This document shows positions 18,491 through 30,025 of a stretch of 64,000 nt of DNA, piece after piece (position 1 is the first letter of the stretch; each line of letters begins with the position of its first letter). The notes under the pieces were generated by a model that saw only the letters and a list, made by a program, of their open reading frames with translations, was not told the DNA's origin and did no database searches. The translations under genes were made by a program, and so were the position numbers. The stretch lies in assembly GCF_009914755.1 (NCBI RefSeq), contig NC_060936.1; one strand, 5' to 3'. The stretch is from the human T2T-CHM13v2.0 reference genome, Homo sapiens.

Positions 18491-20884
18491 CTCCTAGGTT
18501 TTTAATCCAGATTTTTATATTTTGAATTTGCTTAAAGCAGGACTGTAAAGAAGAGATACTCAGTCATACCAATGTGAAACCAGTGCAGGTTACTCCCAAC
18601 CCTAAAAAGAGAATGAAGACGATAAATGCCAAGTGGCCAGGACTGGAGTGGAACTGGATTTGGGCTTCAAAAGAAGCAGGCTGTGGTCCTCATTCTTTGG
18701 GAAGCCCACAAAGGACAGGAAGCCAAACCTTGCCATCGTCACTGGCCACTTCATTATCATCATCTGCCTCAACCCTCCAGATAATAACAAGAGGGCCAGG
18801 AATAGGTCAGACTGGCTTCTATCAAAATGTTCATACATTGACCCTATGTTCTGGCAAATATTTTGGGGGCAGTGGCAAAGAGAAGAGAAATACAATGGAT
18901 TTGGAAATACAGGATGTGGGCTTCATTCCGTCTCCACCTCTTTATAAGCTGAGCAACCTAGGGCATATTGTTCAAATTATCTGTGTCCTCAAATCAGCAT
19001 CTCTAATGGGGTCTAATGGGACAACTGGTAACTTTCCTTACTGAGCACTCAATGAGTATACCACATATGTGACAGTACTTGGAAAATTATAAGTTCTGTA
19101 TAATTGTGAGTTGTATTACTCTTGTTTCTATACAGGAAGCATACATTGAACATCAAATATGTACCAAGCATCATGCTAGCACCAGGCACTAGGCATACAT
19201 AGAAGAACAGCTCAAATTCTTGGCCCTAGGTAGTAGCAGAAACTGAGAAAGATGAACGCAAATTATGACATGATGTGACATACAAAGTGTCATGGAAACA
19301 TAGAGGAGGGAGTGACTTCCAGCCCAGAGGATTAAAGAGAGACTTCAATGACTAGGAGACATTTCAACTGTGATTAAAGAATGATTAGAGTTTCCCGGGA
19401 TGAAAAGGGGGATGAGGGTATTCCAGAGAAAGCACCATATGCAAAAGCATGGAGATACCATAACACAGAGTATGATCAAATGGCTCCGTGTAATGAGAAG
19501 TTAGTATTATACACAGCAGCAGGGTTTTAGGTAGATAAGGTTAACTCAGATTCCTGACTATCTGGTAATCTACAGTGCATCTTTCATTATGACATGAAGG
19601 ATCAAAAATCAGAACAGAATGAGACTTCTAACTAGCAGATAGCAAGTCATCTGATAGTAGGCTGGCAGGGGTCATAGAGGACAAATAATCCAGTCCCTTA
19701 CTGATCAGATCAGTCCTGAAGTACAGGAGGAGAGGTGACACACCCATGGCTAGTGAGTGACTTCATTCCAGGCAACACCAGAACAGGGCCTCTGATATTT
19801 CTGTTCAGTTGTTTAGAAGGCTGTTGCTAACTGGTTCCTTTATAAGGAATGGTTGCTTCTAGATTTTTAATTCTAAATAATATTCAGGGGCCTTTAAAAC
19901 ATGAATTATGTTTTAATGCCATAGTAGTTGATTTATTCTGATGGTGGAAAATATTGAAAGCAATTGCTTACTTGCATTCAGTTCTGTGTACTGTCTGAGG
20001 AGCGGAGCTGAGGTGCTGTCTGCCTATCACTTCCAAGCCTTTACTCTTCTGTCTATGAGAGCCTCTCCTTTGGGGGGCACACCATTCAGCCATAAGGACT
20101 TGTACTTTGTGATTATCATCTGCATCACTATCTTCCCCAATCCTGCCATCATCACAAGCAACTGAGATCCAGAAACTGACTTGCTCTTCAATGTCCTAAT
20201 GTCAACCCTACTTCACTTTGGCCAGCAGCTCCTCACCACAGTCCAAGTAATGTTGATATTTGGAACTCTTCACTTCCTATTCTTCCACTACTCTTAGTCT
20301 CTTATTTACAGTCTGGCCCATCACTCCAGTCACACTAAACATCACACACATGCTTCTGTGCCTGAGTTCTTCCAACAGAGCCACATAACAGTGCCTCATA
20401 TTGAATCAGAGCAGCCATCCCACTTCTCAATAAGATAAGGGATCCTGAGTGCCACTTAAAAAATTACACAACTGCATGGATTGATGTCACTATGCAGTCA
20501 CAACTGGCAACATCAGGTGTGCCCCCGTTGCTGCCTGGCCATACTTTTCTCATTCTCCTATACACCCATCGGTTGTGTCCAAATTGCCCCTCTCTCTACG
20601 CAAGTCCCCTATTCTTCTATCCCTTTTCTCCCACTCATTACATAACCTCACTTTTTTATTGGGAAAAAAAAACTCAAGATCATCATGTGAGAATCTCAAC
20701 TTCTCCTTTTGCCACCTACAATTTTATCTTCGTTTTTTCACATCTGACCTTTCTGTCTCATTTGGAGAGATGTCCCTCCCTCTTGTTGACTGCCAGTCTT
20801 TCCGCCTTTCCTTTAAATCTCAGCCTCTCCTCTAGGACTTTGTTCTCCTTTATCTTAAAACTGTTTTCAGACTTTTGCAGGTAC

Positions 20885-21040
20885 CTTAAAAATCACCCGC
20901 AGGACTTGTTAAAACAGATTTCTGGGCTCCATTCCCAAAGATTCTAATTCAGTGGCTCTGGAATGGGGCCTGAGAATTTGCATTTTTAATAAGTTTTCAG
21001 GTACAGTGAGTGCTGCTGCTGCTGTATTGCTGCTAGTCAG
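20885..21040. mobile_element. MER5A-like DNA transposon relic
   Basis: cttgttaaaacagatttctgggc...gattctaattcagtggctctgg...gcctgagaatttgcattttta. Confidence 0.7.
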
Positions 21041-23014
21041 GGAACTGTATTAACTCTCTTAAACCATTTCCTTCTGCTGGGTGTGGCCACCCAGCCTGCA
21101 GACGCACCAAAAAATAAGAGCCACCATTTTTAAATTGTTGGCAATGTGACTGACAATTGGCTATGTGCCTTAGACATATCCCATTTAATTACTGCAATAA
21201 CTCGTGAGGTGTGATTATTATTCCCATTCTATAGCCGTAGGACCTGAAGGTTCCAGAAGGTTATGGAACTCATTCACAAGTGAATAAGTGGCAGCTCTGG
21301 AATCCAATGTGTGTGAGTCCAGTGCCTTCCTTGTACTCCACAGCCTCTCATGTCGTGCAATGCTCTGTCATCTAAAAAATACATGGACCATGAAGTAGCC
21401 AAAATATTGGAAGGAGTAAGAAGAGAATAGTGTGACCAAAACTCAGGAAGGGACATAGAGGCACAGCTCTTCTTGACAGAGAGATCAAGTAAGTTAAGAG
21501 CAGCAAGGCGTCCATTAGAATTTGCCATTAAGATCATCTGCAACCTTTGTGAGGAAATTTCAAGGGAATAGTGGGAGTAAAACCAACACTGCAGATGATA
21601 AGGAAGTGGATGGAAGGTGAGGGGAGCGCAGCTATAGTTTGCTTTCTTAAGAAGTTAGAGGGAACACAGGGTTGCAGTGAGTTTAATACCAGCACTTCCC
21701 CATACTCTTTTCCTAGCTAAAAGTGACCACCCACCTGTTGAGGACCCTCAAATTCTTATCACCAGCCCAGATCTCTCTGTTAAGCTCCAAACTCATTTGT
21801 CCAACTGCCTAGTGAGCATCTTCAGTGGAATGTCCTAAGCTCAAATGTCACAAAAAGAATGGATCATCTTGTTCCTTAAACCTTATTTTTTATCCTAACT
21901 CAACCACGTGAACTGAACCATGACCCTTTGAGCGGGCAACACCTGAAACAGAGGCATTCCCTTGGGTTATTTCCTCCCACACACTCACATTTGATCAGCC
22001 CCAGGTGTCATGGGGTCTACTTCTTAAACCTCCTGATCTTCCTCTCCTGTCCATTCGTACTTCTGATGGCTTAGTTCAGGCCCTGCACAGCTGACTCATT
22101 CCCCACCCACTGTACCTATTGATTTTCTTGTCTTTCCTCTTCATGAACTGTCAGTTCCAGGAGAGCAGAGGCCATATAGCTGGTGTCTAACCATAGTGTC
22201 AGATACATAGTGCAAGCTCTTTAATTGTTTGTTCAACCAGTGTGTCTCCTATCAGGTGCTATCAGGACCTCAGTTCTGAAAACCATCTTGGCAGCATTTA
22301 ACCAGCCTCACTTAGATCCCTCTCTATGTAAGGAGGCATGCAGGGCATGGCCTAGACACTATTAGAATTCACTGAGGCCAGTGGCAGGTAGAAATAAAAT
22401 GGACAGTTTCTCATCCCTGTCTTCACGGACACTTTGTCTGCCTTGATTTCCCAGGACAGGGGACCCAGACATTGCAGCAGGCCGAGGTCATCTACGGATT
22501 GGGAGGTGACTGAAGCCAAACGCCTGTGGTCAGAGACACCACAGGGAACTGTGGATGGAGAGGGTTGGCAGGGCCAGGACAGGGTTTCTGAGGGAAGTCA
22601 CTTGGGGGAGCCTGTTTCCACGAATGACTTCAGTAAACCAGGGCAGCTTAAATTGCATGACAGATAGGAGCTGGTCCCAGACAAAAGGACTCATGGCAGA
22701 GTGGGATTTAGAGATTGACTTGATGGGGGGTGGAGGTGGCAGTGGAAGGCTAAAGCCCAGGTTCAACTATGTCTGAGAAAGAGTCAAATAGCAGTAGTTT
22801 GTTCCAAAGTCCTCATCAAGAACACAAGCTCCTAAAGTTGATCAAGCACCACTTATGAGATTCCCGTACTGGGTGCCTCCATGACACATTGTGATTTGAT
22901 ATGGCTGGCTTGAGGAGACATGAATATGTGGAGCGCTTAGGGGAGGGAAGGCTGAGAAACAGCGAAACTCCAGAAAGAGAGGAAAAATGTGAAGAAGTGC
23001 AATATACTTTTCCA

Positions 23015-23080
23015 TTTTTTTTTTTTTGTTATGCTTTTTTGAAATAGGATCTTGCTCTGTCACCCAGGTTGGAGTGCAGT
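23015..23080 (-). mobile_element. extremely 5'-truncated Alu (about 40 bp of 3' end plus tail)
   Basis: gaaataggatcttgctctgtcacccaggttggagtgcagt flanked by TSD at(a/g)cttttccattt. Confidence 0.85.
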
Positions 23081-23897
23081 ATGCTTTTCCATTTGAGGGC
23101 CCTTGGGACATTGTCAGAGATGAGAATCAAGGAAAACCCAGGTGCTCCTGGGCTCAGGGAGGATGTACAAGTGGCCATCTGGTCTCACATGGCTGAAGGT
23201 CTCTGGTTAATGAGCTTTATGCATTTTTATGAGCCAGCCCACTGTGTGCATCAGTTGCCCTGAGTGTGGGGGATTCCCCAGTGCAATTTCAGGTGGAGAT
23301 TAATAATTCTGGCAGCCAATGCTATAAATTTAGCCTCTCACAGAATGGCACATGTTCAAGGGCAGAGAGGGGACTCTGACTGCTTTCACAAAATAAATGC
23401 AAGCCATACACTGAGAGGAGTTATGCTGTGATCTCCTGGCTTGTGACTTCAGGCCACCTTAGCCCTCCACATATATGTAGACTGAAACAAAGGAGAAAGA
23501 GATAGTGAGGTTCAGGGCCAGCAATCTGTGAAACGGGACCATAAAGTTACATTTGAGAAAAAATATTATTTGCTCATTTGTCTTTCTCTCCCTCTCCTCA
23601 TCCCCCTTTTCTTCTTCCTTGCTGGAGCTGGGCATCTCACCATGTCCTGGGAATACTGCAGTATGGTCTAGCCTGGAGGTGGCTGCCTGGGTTCAATTCC
23701 CAGCTTGCACGCTAATTGAACGTGTGACTTCAGGCATGTTACCAACTGCTCTATACCTCCACTTCCTCACCCATAACAAAGAGATTGAAAATAGTGCCAA
23801 CGGTATGAGATTGCTGCTATGGAGATGAAATGAGGTAATGCATGGAATATACATAGAACTGTCCCTGGCACATAGTTAGAACCCAATACTTGTTGCC

Positions 23898-24531
23898 TAT
23901 CATCATCATCATCAACAACATCATCATCGTCATTGTTATCATCATCATAACCATACCATCAAAATTAACATAATCATCAACATCATCATATCATCACTAT
24001 CATCATCATCATCAATATCATCGTATCAAAATCAATATAATCATCAACATCAATATCATCGTATCAAAATCAATATAATCACCAACATCAATATTATCAT
24101 TGTCATCAATATCATCATCATCATCATTATCATCATTAAATCATCATCAACATCAATATTATCATTGTCATCAATATCATCATCATCATCATCAACATCA
24201 TTATCATCATTAAATCATCATCAGCATCAATATTATCATTGTCATCAATATCATCATCATCATCATCAACATCATTATCATCATTAAATCATCATCAGCA
24301 TCAATATTATCATTGTCATCAATATCATCATCATCATCATCAACATCATTATCATCATTAAATCATCATCAGCATCAATATTATCATTGTCATCAATATC
24401 ATCATCATCAACATCATCATTAAATCATCAGCAGCATCAATATTATCCTTGTCATCAATATCATCATCATCATCAACATCATTATCATCATTAAAATCAT
24501 CATCAGCAACAGCAGCATCATCATCATCATT
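23898..24531. repeat. (ATC)n-derived minisatellite with a ~74-bp higher-order unit
   Basis: Anchor catcaatattatc(a/c)ttgtcatcaatatc recurs at about 24086, 24151, 24225, 24299, 24373 and 24435. Confidence 0.92.
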
Positions 24532-25664
24532 GCTTTATCCACCAGGGACCCTGTGGCCCCAACTGATAAGGAAACCCAGTTAATTATGGGCAATGTTTTC
24601 TACAGCACAAACCCAGGGGCTGCTCTTCTTATCCCAAAATCTCACAACTGCCTTGTGTGAACTCATTCCACCACCTGGTCCCACTGTCCCCTCAGACCCA
24701 AGCTGCTCGATGCTCTCTCTCTCTGCTGGGTGAGCTTTCAAGGCCTCTCACAAACAGCACCTACTATAGCAGCAGAGGTTCCCCCACCAACTTCATCATC
24801 TTCTTTCTCTCTTTAGGTCTCCCTCTTAAAATACTTCCTCCTCCAGGAAGCCTTCATGGCCTGACCAGAGGAGTAAGGCCAGTATTTGAATGCACATCTT
24901 TCCTTTCACTGAGCATTAGCCTCCCATAGCTCCTGTCACCATAATGTCAGCCTGCAAAATGGTCTTGCTCCCCACAGCCCAAGCACACCCAGCCTCTCTG
25001 GAGCTGAGCCTCCAGGTCCCACCCCTCAGCCCCGTGGACTCACCTATGACTGACCCTCGAAGCCTTCCAGCAGTAGAGAAAGACTTCAGGGACAGGGCCT
25101 CAGTCTAGGAGGGGAATCTTGGCAAAAGGGCATAAGGCAGTCATGTGGCACAGCACCTAAGTCTGCAGGCATGCCTAAAGCCCAGGACAGAACGCAGTGT
25201 AATTTGTGGCTAAAATGGAAAACATTCTTTCTTCCTCCCACTGCTTGGTTTTCCTAGCAGACACAGAAAACACTCTGGCTCCCCTTCTCCCCTCCTGGGG
25301 TCCAGCTCACTTGCTCTGCTCTTTCTGGCTCCCCAGAGAGCTTGCAGCTCCACTTTCTTTTTCTCAGCTCGCTGCCTCGTCCTCCCTGGGTTCCAGTACT
25401 GGGCTGAGCTTCTCTGTGGTCATTCCCTAAATCCCAGCTGTTCTGCTGTGTGCCCTGCCTGGATTGGGATTGGAGACGCCTCTCCCCAGTCACTCTCAAG
25501 GGAGGCCCTTTTATTTTGTGATAGTGGTACAATGAGTCTTTGATGGGTTGCTCCTAATGAGGTGGGAAGGCCTGGGGCAAGCAAGTCGTCATCCCTCTCT
25601 GAGCCTTCTTGTCTGCAAAATAGAGAGGCCAGCCTAAAGCTATCAGCAACCTCCATTAGTACTG

Positions 25665-25817
25665 CAGAAGGTCCCTGACTTAATGATGGTTCGACTTACA
25701 ATTTTTCGACTTTACAACAGGTTTATCAGGCCATTAAATGCATTTTCTACTTTTAATATTTCTGACTTATGACAGGTTTATCCACCATAACCCCACTGTA
25801 AGTCAAGGAGCATCCTG
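25665..25817. mobile_element. Tigger4/Zombi-like (TcMar-Tigger) non-autonomous relic
   Basis: gacttaatgatggttcgacttacaatttttcgacttta ... taaccccactgtaagtcaaggagcatc, with degenerate TIRs. Confidence 0.75.
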
Positions 25818-27279
25818 AGATATGAATCCTTGATATACAGCCTTTTCTATACCATCATACGAACATCTTAAGCCAAATGACTATGAACTTTGAATACATC
25901 TAAACCCTGTGCTGTGGCCTCCAATGCTTACCATGATCCGGGCTTTGACTCCTCTCCAACTTTATCTCTTGCCATGCAATCTTTTGTATACTCCATCTCA
26001 GCCACACTGGCTTCCTTCCTGTTCTTAGAACACGCCAAGCCGGCTTCCATAGCAAAACCTTAGCATGACTCCTCTCCTCACTCTCCACCCAGCTCCTCCC
26101 TCAGCTCAGCCTTCAATTCTCGATTCCAGCATCACTCCCACAATGAGAACTTTCCCACGCCCCTTGTCCATCCCTGGTCCATGTTATTCTCTACCACAGC
26201 ACTTATTGCTATCCAAAGTGATCTTGTTTATTTATTCATCTCCTAACTGGCTTTTTAAGGAAAACATCAGCTCCATAAAAGCAAGGAACTTCAAATCTCA
26301 TTCAACATGGATCCAGCACTTGGGTCACGCTGATCACAGAATTCATTTGCATGGATGACTCAGAGAGTGGATATCAGTTTGGAAACAATAGCCGGGCTCA
26401 TTTTGGTGGTGCTCCATGCTCATAATATTGGGAATGAGTATTCAGTCGCTGTGTTGGTCAAATCTAGTTTTGCATAGGAAGAACCCCACAAAGCAATTTT
26501 GTGCCACTGCTTCAGGTGACACACCAGTGCCAATCTCTCATGGATCTGAGGAAAACCGAAGGAAAAATGCAAAAGGTTCATAGCAACCTCTCAACAGTTT
26601 GAGAAAAATAGTCAATTGCGTGGCCCACAGACCTGAAGAGCAGCTTTTCTCATATGCATTGCAGCAAGGAGTGTTAAGTGACACCCAGCTATGATCTGAT
26701 CTACCCTCCTGCCTCTAGCGAGCAGGCCATGAGCCTCCTGTGCTCATCACAAAGACGTCTACAACGGCCATCCTGCAGCCACACTCAGCTCCTCTGCCTA
26801 GTGCTTCCTGTCCCTTTGGGTCACATAGAATTTCTTAGTCTGAACTCCAGGCCTGCAGCTTAATTTGGGTCCTTTTCTTTATGTTCTAGCCCACAGACTG
26901 GAGAATGGAACCTTAGAGCATTTGTTTAAAGTTCTTGATGAAATCTCCTCTTATTCTTATTTTCTTCAGGCTCAATACTCCTAGTTCCTACCATTAGTTT
27001 TCCTACTACATAAACATGGAAGGGAATCAGAATCCTTTGTTCCTGTCTGTATCAACTCCCTTCTGTGCCTTGATGGAGCTCTAAGGGGTGCCTATAGCTT
27101 ACTGTGCTGGGGGTGGGTGGGGACTTGAAACACAGGCCTTCAGCCCAGGAGGATGGGAAGAGGAGAGCTGGGGCTTGGCACTCAGTGACGCTCAGGCCAT
27201 GGGGAAGACAGGCCACCACTGTGACAGGCAGAGGCTGGGATGGGACATGAGGGCGATGCCACTGGGTCCCACTTTAGCT

Positions 27280-27425
27280 AATCCATGGAATCACATGGGG
27301 GGCTTTTAAAAATACCCCGATTCCTGGCCCTTCCCTAGATCTGCCAACTCAGAACCTGGGGGAGGGCCAGGAATCTGTTTTTGAAAATGCTTCACGGGCA
27401 ATGCTCGGAAATGCTGTTTTTTAAC
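27280..27425. mobile_element. MER5A-like DNA transposon relic
   Basis: gaatcacatggggggcttttaaaaatac...gggccaggaatctgtttttgaaaa. Confidence 0.6.
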
Positions 27426-29825
27426 TACCCCTCCCTCGCTGTTTTTGCTCCAGGGCCTGTACTCCTGTGGCTTGTTCCTCTGTGAACAGATTCTCTGAGA
27501 GGAGCTCACAGGGTGGAAACAAGCTTGGAGACAATTCCCTCATGCATGGTGTCAACACAGGATCCGCCATGTCAGCTGTCAGGCAGCCCCGCCAACTCGC
27601 CAACTGGCTCCCATGGCGCCCCTCCCTTCTCCCCCACCCTCAAGCTGATTACAGGGCTGGGGCAGATGCTGATGACACTCAGTCCAGGGATGAACTTCAG
27701 ACCCACTGCACTCTCGCAGTTGTTCAGGGAGTAAGAAGGGCAAGAACTGAAGGTGGGCGTGCCGCCAGGCCTGCAGCCAAAGCTTGTTTTGATTTTCAAA
27801 GCATCTGCTTGACACACCAGAGAAGACCTAGACCTATGCAGCTACCTTGCATTTTGTGAATTTATTGGGTTTTAAAATTCCTCACTACACACAAAGCACT
27901 TTAACAAGTACCTTAGATCCTACAACTTAAGAGATGGTTGGTGTCCTCCATTCAAAGCAGAGGTGCCAGGCTTCTTAGTGTGAAAAAAAAAATGACATTT
28001 TGAAATGTGTTGGTAATTTTTATTTAAAGATTGTGCCCTTTGAAATCAATTTCACATGCACAATAATGAGTCTTGCCAACAGCCATGTGCTCTGGTCAGA
28101 AAAGTAAAGAAACATTGTTCATTGTTTTGTTAGCAACATCAATCAGTTCTAGCCCCCACCTATGGACAGTCATCGCTCTTATGCCAGGATGCAGACAACA
28201 TACATCTAAAATAGTGTTTGTTTTTTAACTAGGATGGCAGAAGAAACCATTTTCAGGAACTTGCAACAATAATAAACTGGCCAAAAAAAGACGCTGCAAT
28301 TGGCCCTCATCATGGTATTTGATAACACTGAACTCCCCTAGCACGCAATGTTTGTTGGTTTGGTTTCAAATTTTGTTAACTAACAGAGAATGGTGGTTAG
28401 TTCTTCTTCTTTATTAAAATCAAGGGGCCAGAATAAATGGGATAGGACCCCAAAAAAGGCAAGTTGGGTAGGACATGGGGAAGCACTTCCTAGACCTTCT
28501 CCAAACCTGGGAACACCCTGAGAGACAAGTTGTCCATTATGTTTCAGGGGAACAGAATCATTTCCAAAGCTGGGCCCTGACACTTCCTGCAGACACACTC
28601 AGAGCCACTATAACACATACTGCTCAGTAACCAGTTCTGAAATGAGTAAGTGAAATGACCCGTTAAGAAGGATTCCTCCTTCCTGCGTGGCCTGCAGGCG
28701 AGGAGAGACCATGCCCCACACATGCCTGCCTCTTCTCTGGGCCCAGTGCTCTCCGTGTCCAGGAGCCTGCCCTGTCCTGCTAGGCTGAAGGCATCCTGGA
28801 CAGAGTCACAGCTCAGTGGCAGAAGCAAGTCTGTGTCCTTGGCACGAGGGGCTTCAGCTGGGCATGGGCCTCAACTCAACAAGCCTTGGTGCAGAGAGGA
28901 AAAGCGGAGCCAAACAGAGGAAGAAAAATCCATTAAGCGGAGGAAATGAAGCAGGGAATGGTTACACTGTGGGTGAATGAGCAGGTAGAGTCTCTTTCCT
29001 CCTTTCTCACTCTCACCCACAGGGCCCAGGACTAGGCCCTGTGTGCAGGGGACTGCTGAATACAGCAGTATGTGCAGGTCTTAGCATTGGAGAGCAGACT
29101 GAATGAACTCCACAAATCCAACTAAGACTCAGCTCCTGCACATGATCACCCACTCACCATCCCATGTGGCAAGGAAGGGAACACCTGAGACCCAGGCCCA
29201 GGTCCCTGAAATGCTGAAATGCTCAGCCCATACCCTGAAATGCTGATGGCAGGAACCTCTGCACTGCTATGGCTCCCAGAACTCATCTCATCCTACTCTA
29301 GACACCAGCCCTGTCATCAGCCCCCTCCAACTCCCTAGTGAGTGCTGAGTTCAGAGGAATTTGTTCTGACCCTCAAGAGGGGTTAAGATACACTGATAGG
29401 CTGGTCGGGTCAGGCCTCTAAGATGTCACTGGTGCAGTGGCCCTACTTGCCTAGACAATTGAGAAGAATCATTTTACAATGATTTTATAAGCATTCATGG
29501 TGTTGTGGGGACTGGGCTATGACCTTTGTGGTCCAGGATGCTTAGTGTTCTAACAGAGATAGATGGGCTATGAAACAGTTACAGTGCAGTGGAGTAGTTG
29601 TGATATAGCCATGGCCAGGATATTATGGAAGCATGGTGGAAGAGCTTCTAAATTTTCTGTCTTTGGAAAAGATTCAGGAAAATTCATACATGAGTGCTTA
29701 CATATACTTATGCACATATGTGCGCACGCATGCATGTGCATACACACAAACTCATGCTTGGTGGTCTGGGTATGTGCTAGAACAATGACCCTATCTAGCT
29801 AAGGTAGTGGGCCAAGATTAATCAT

Positions 29826-30025
29826 TCCATCCATCTATCTACCCATCCTTCCACCCATCCACCCACCCATCTACCTATCCATCCAGGCATCCATCATTCT
29901 ACCCATCTATCTACCCATCTTTCCATCTATCCACCCACCCATCTAACCATCCATCCAGGCATCCATCCATCCATCCATCCATTCATATACCCATCTATCC
30001 ATCCATCCATACATGCATCCATCCA
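29826..30025. repeat. degenerate (TCCA)n repeat
   Basis: Read directly from sequence. Confidence 0.9.

Noticed and set aside
18574-19044. 156-aa ORF (also 49509-50015, 168 aa; 27467-27859, 130 aa)
   Set aside because: No recognisable domain, non-ATG or weak starts, and no exon or retrocopy hallmarks; consistent with chance.
24086-24531. CRISPR-like repeat-spacer array
   Set aside because: The 'spacers' are the same ATC-derived sequence, there are no cas genes, and the context is a mammalian intron; it is a VNTR.
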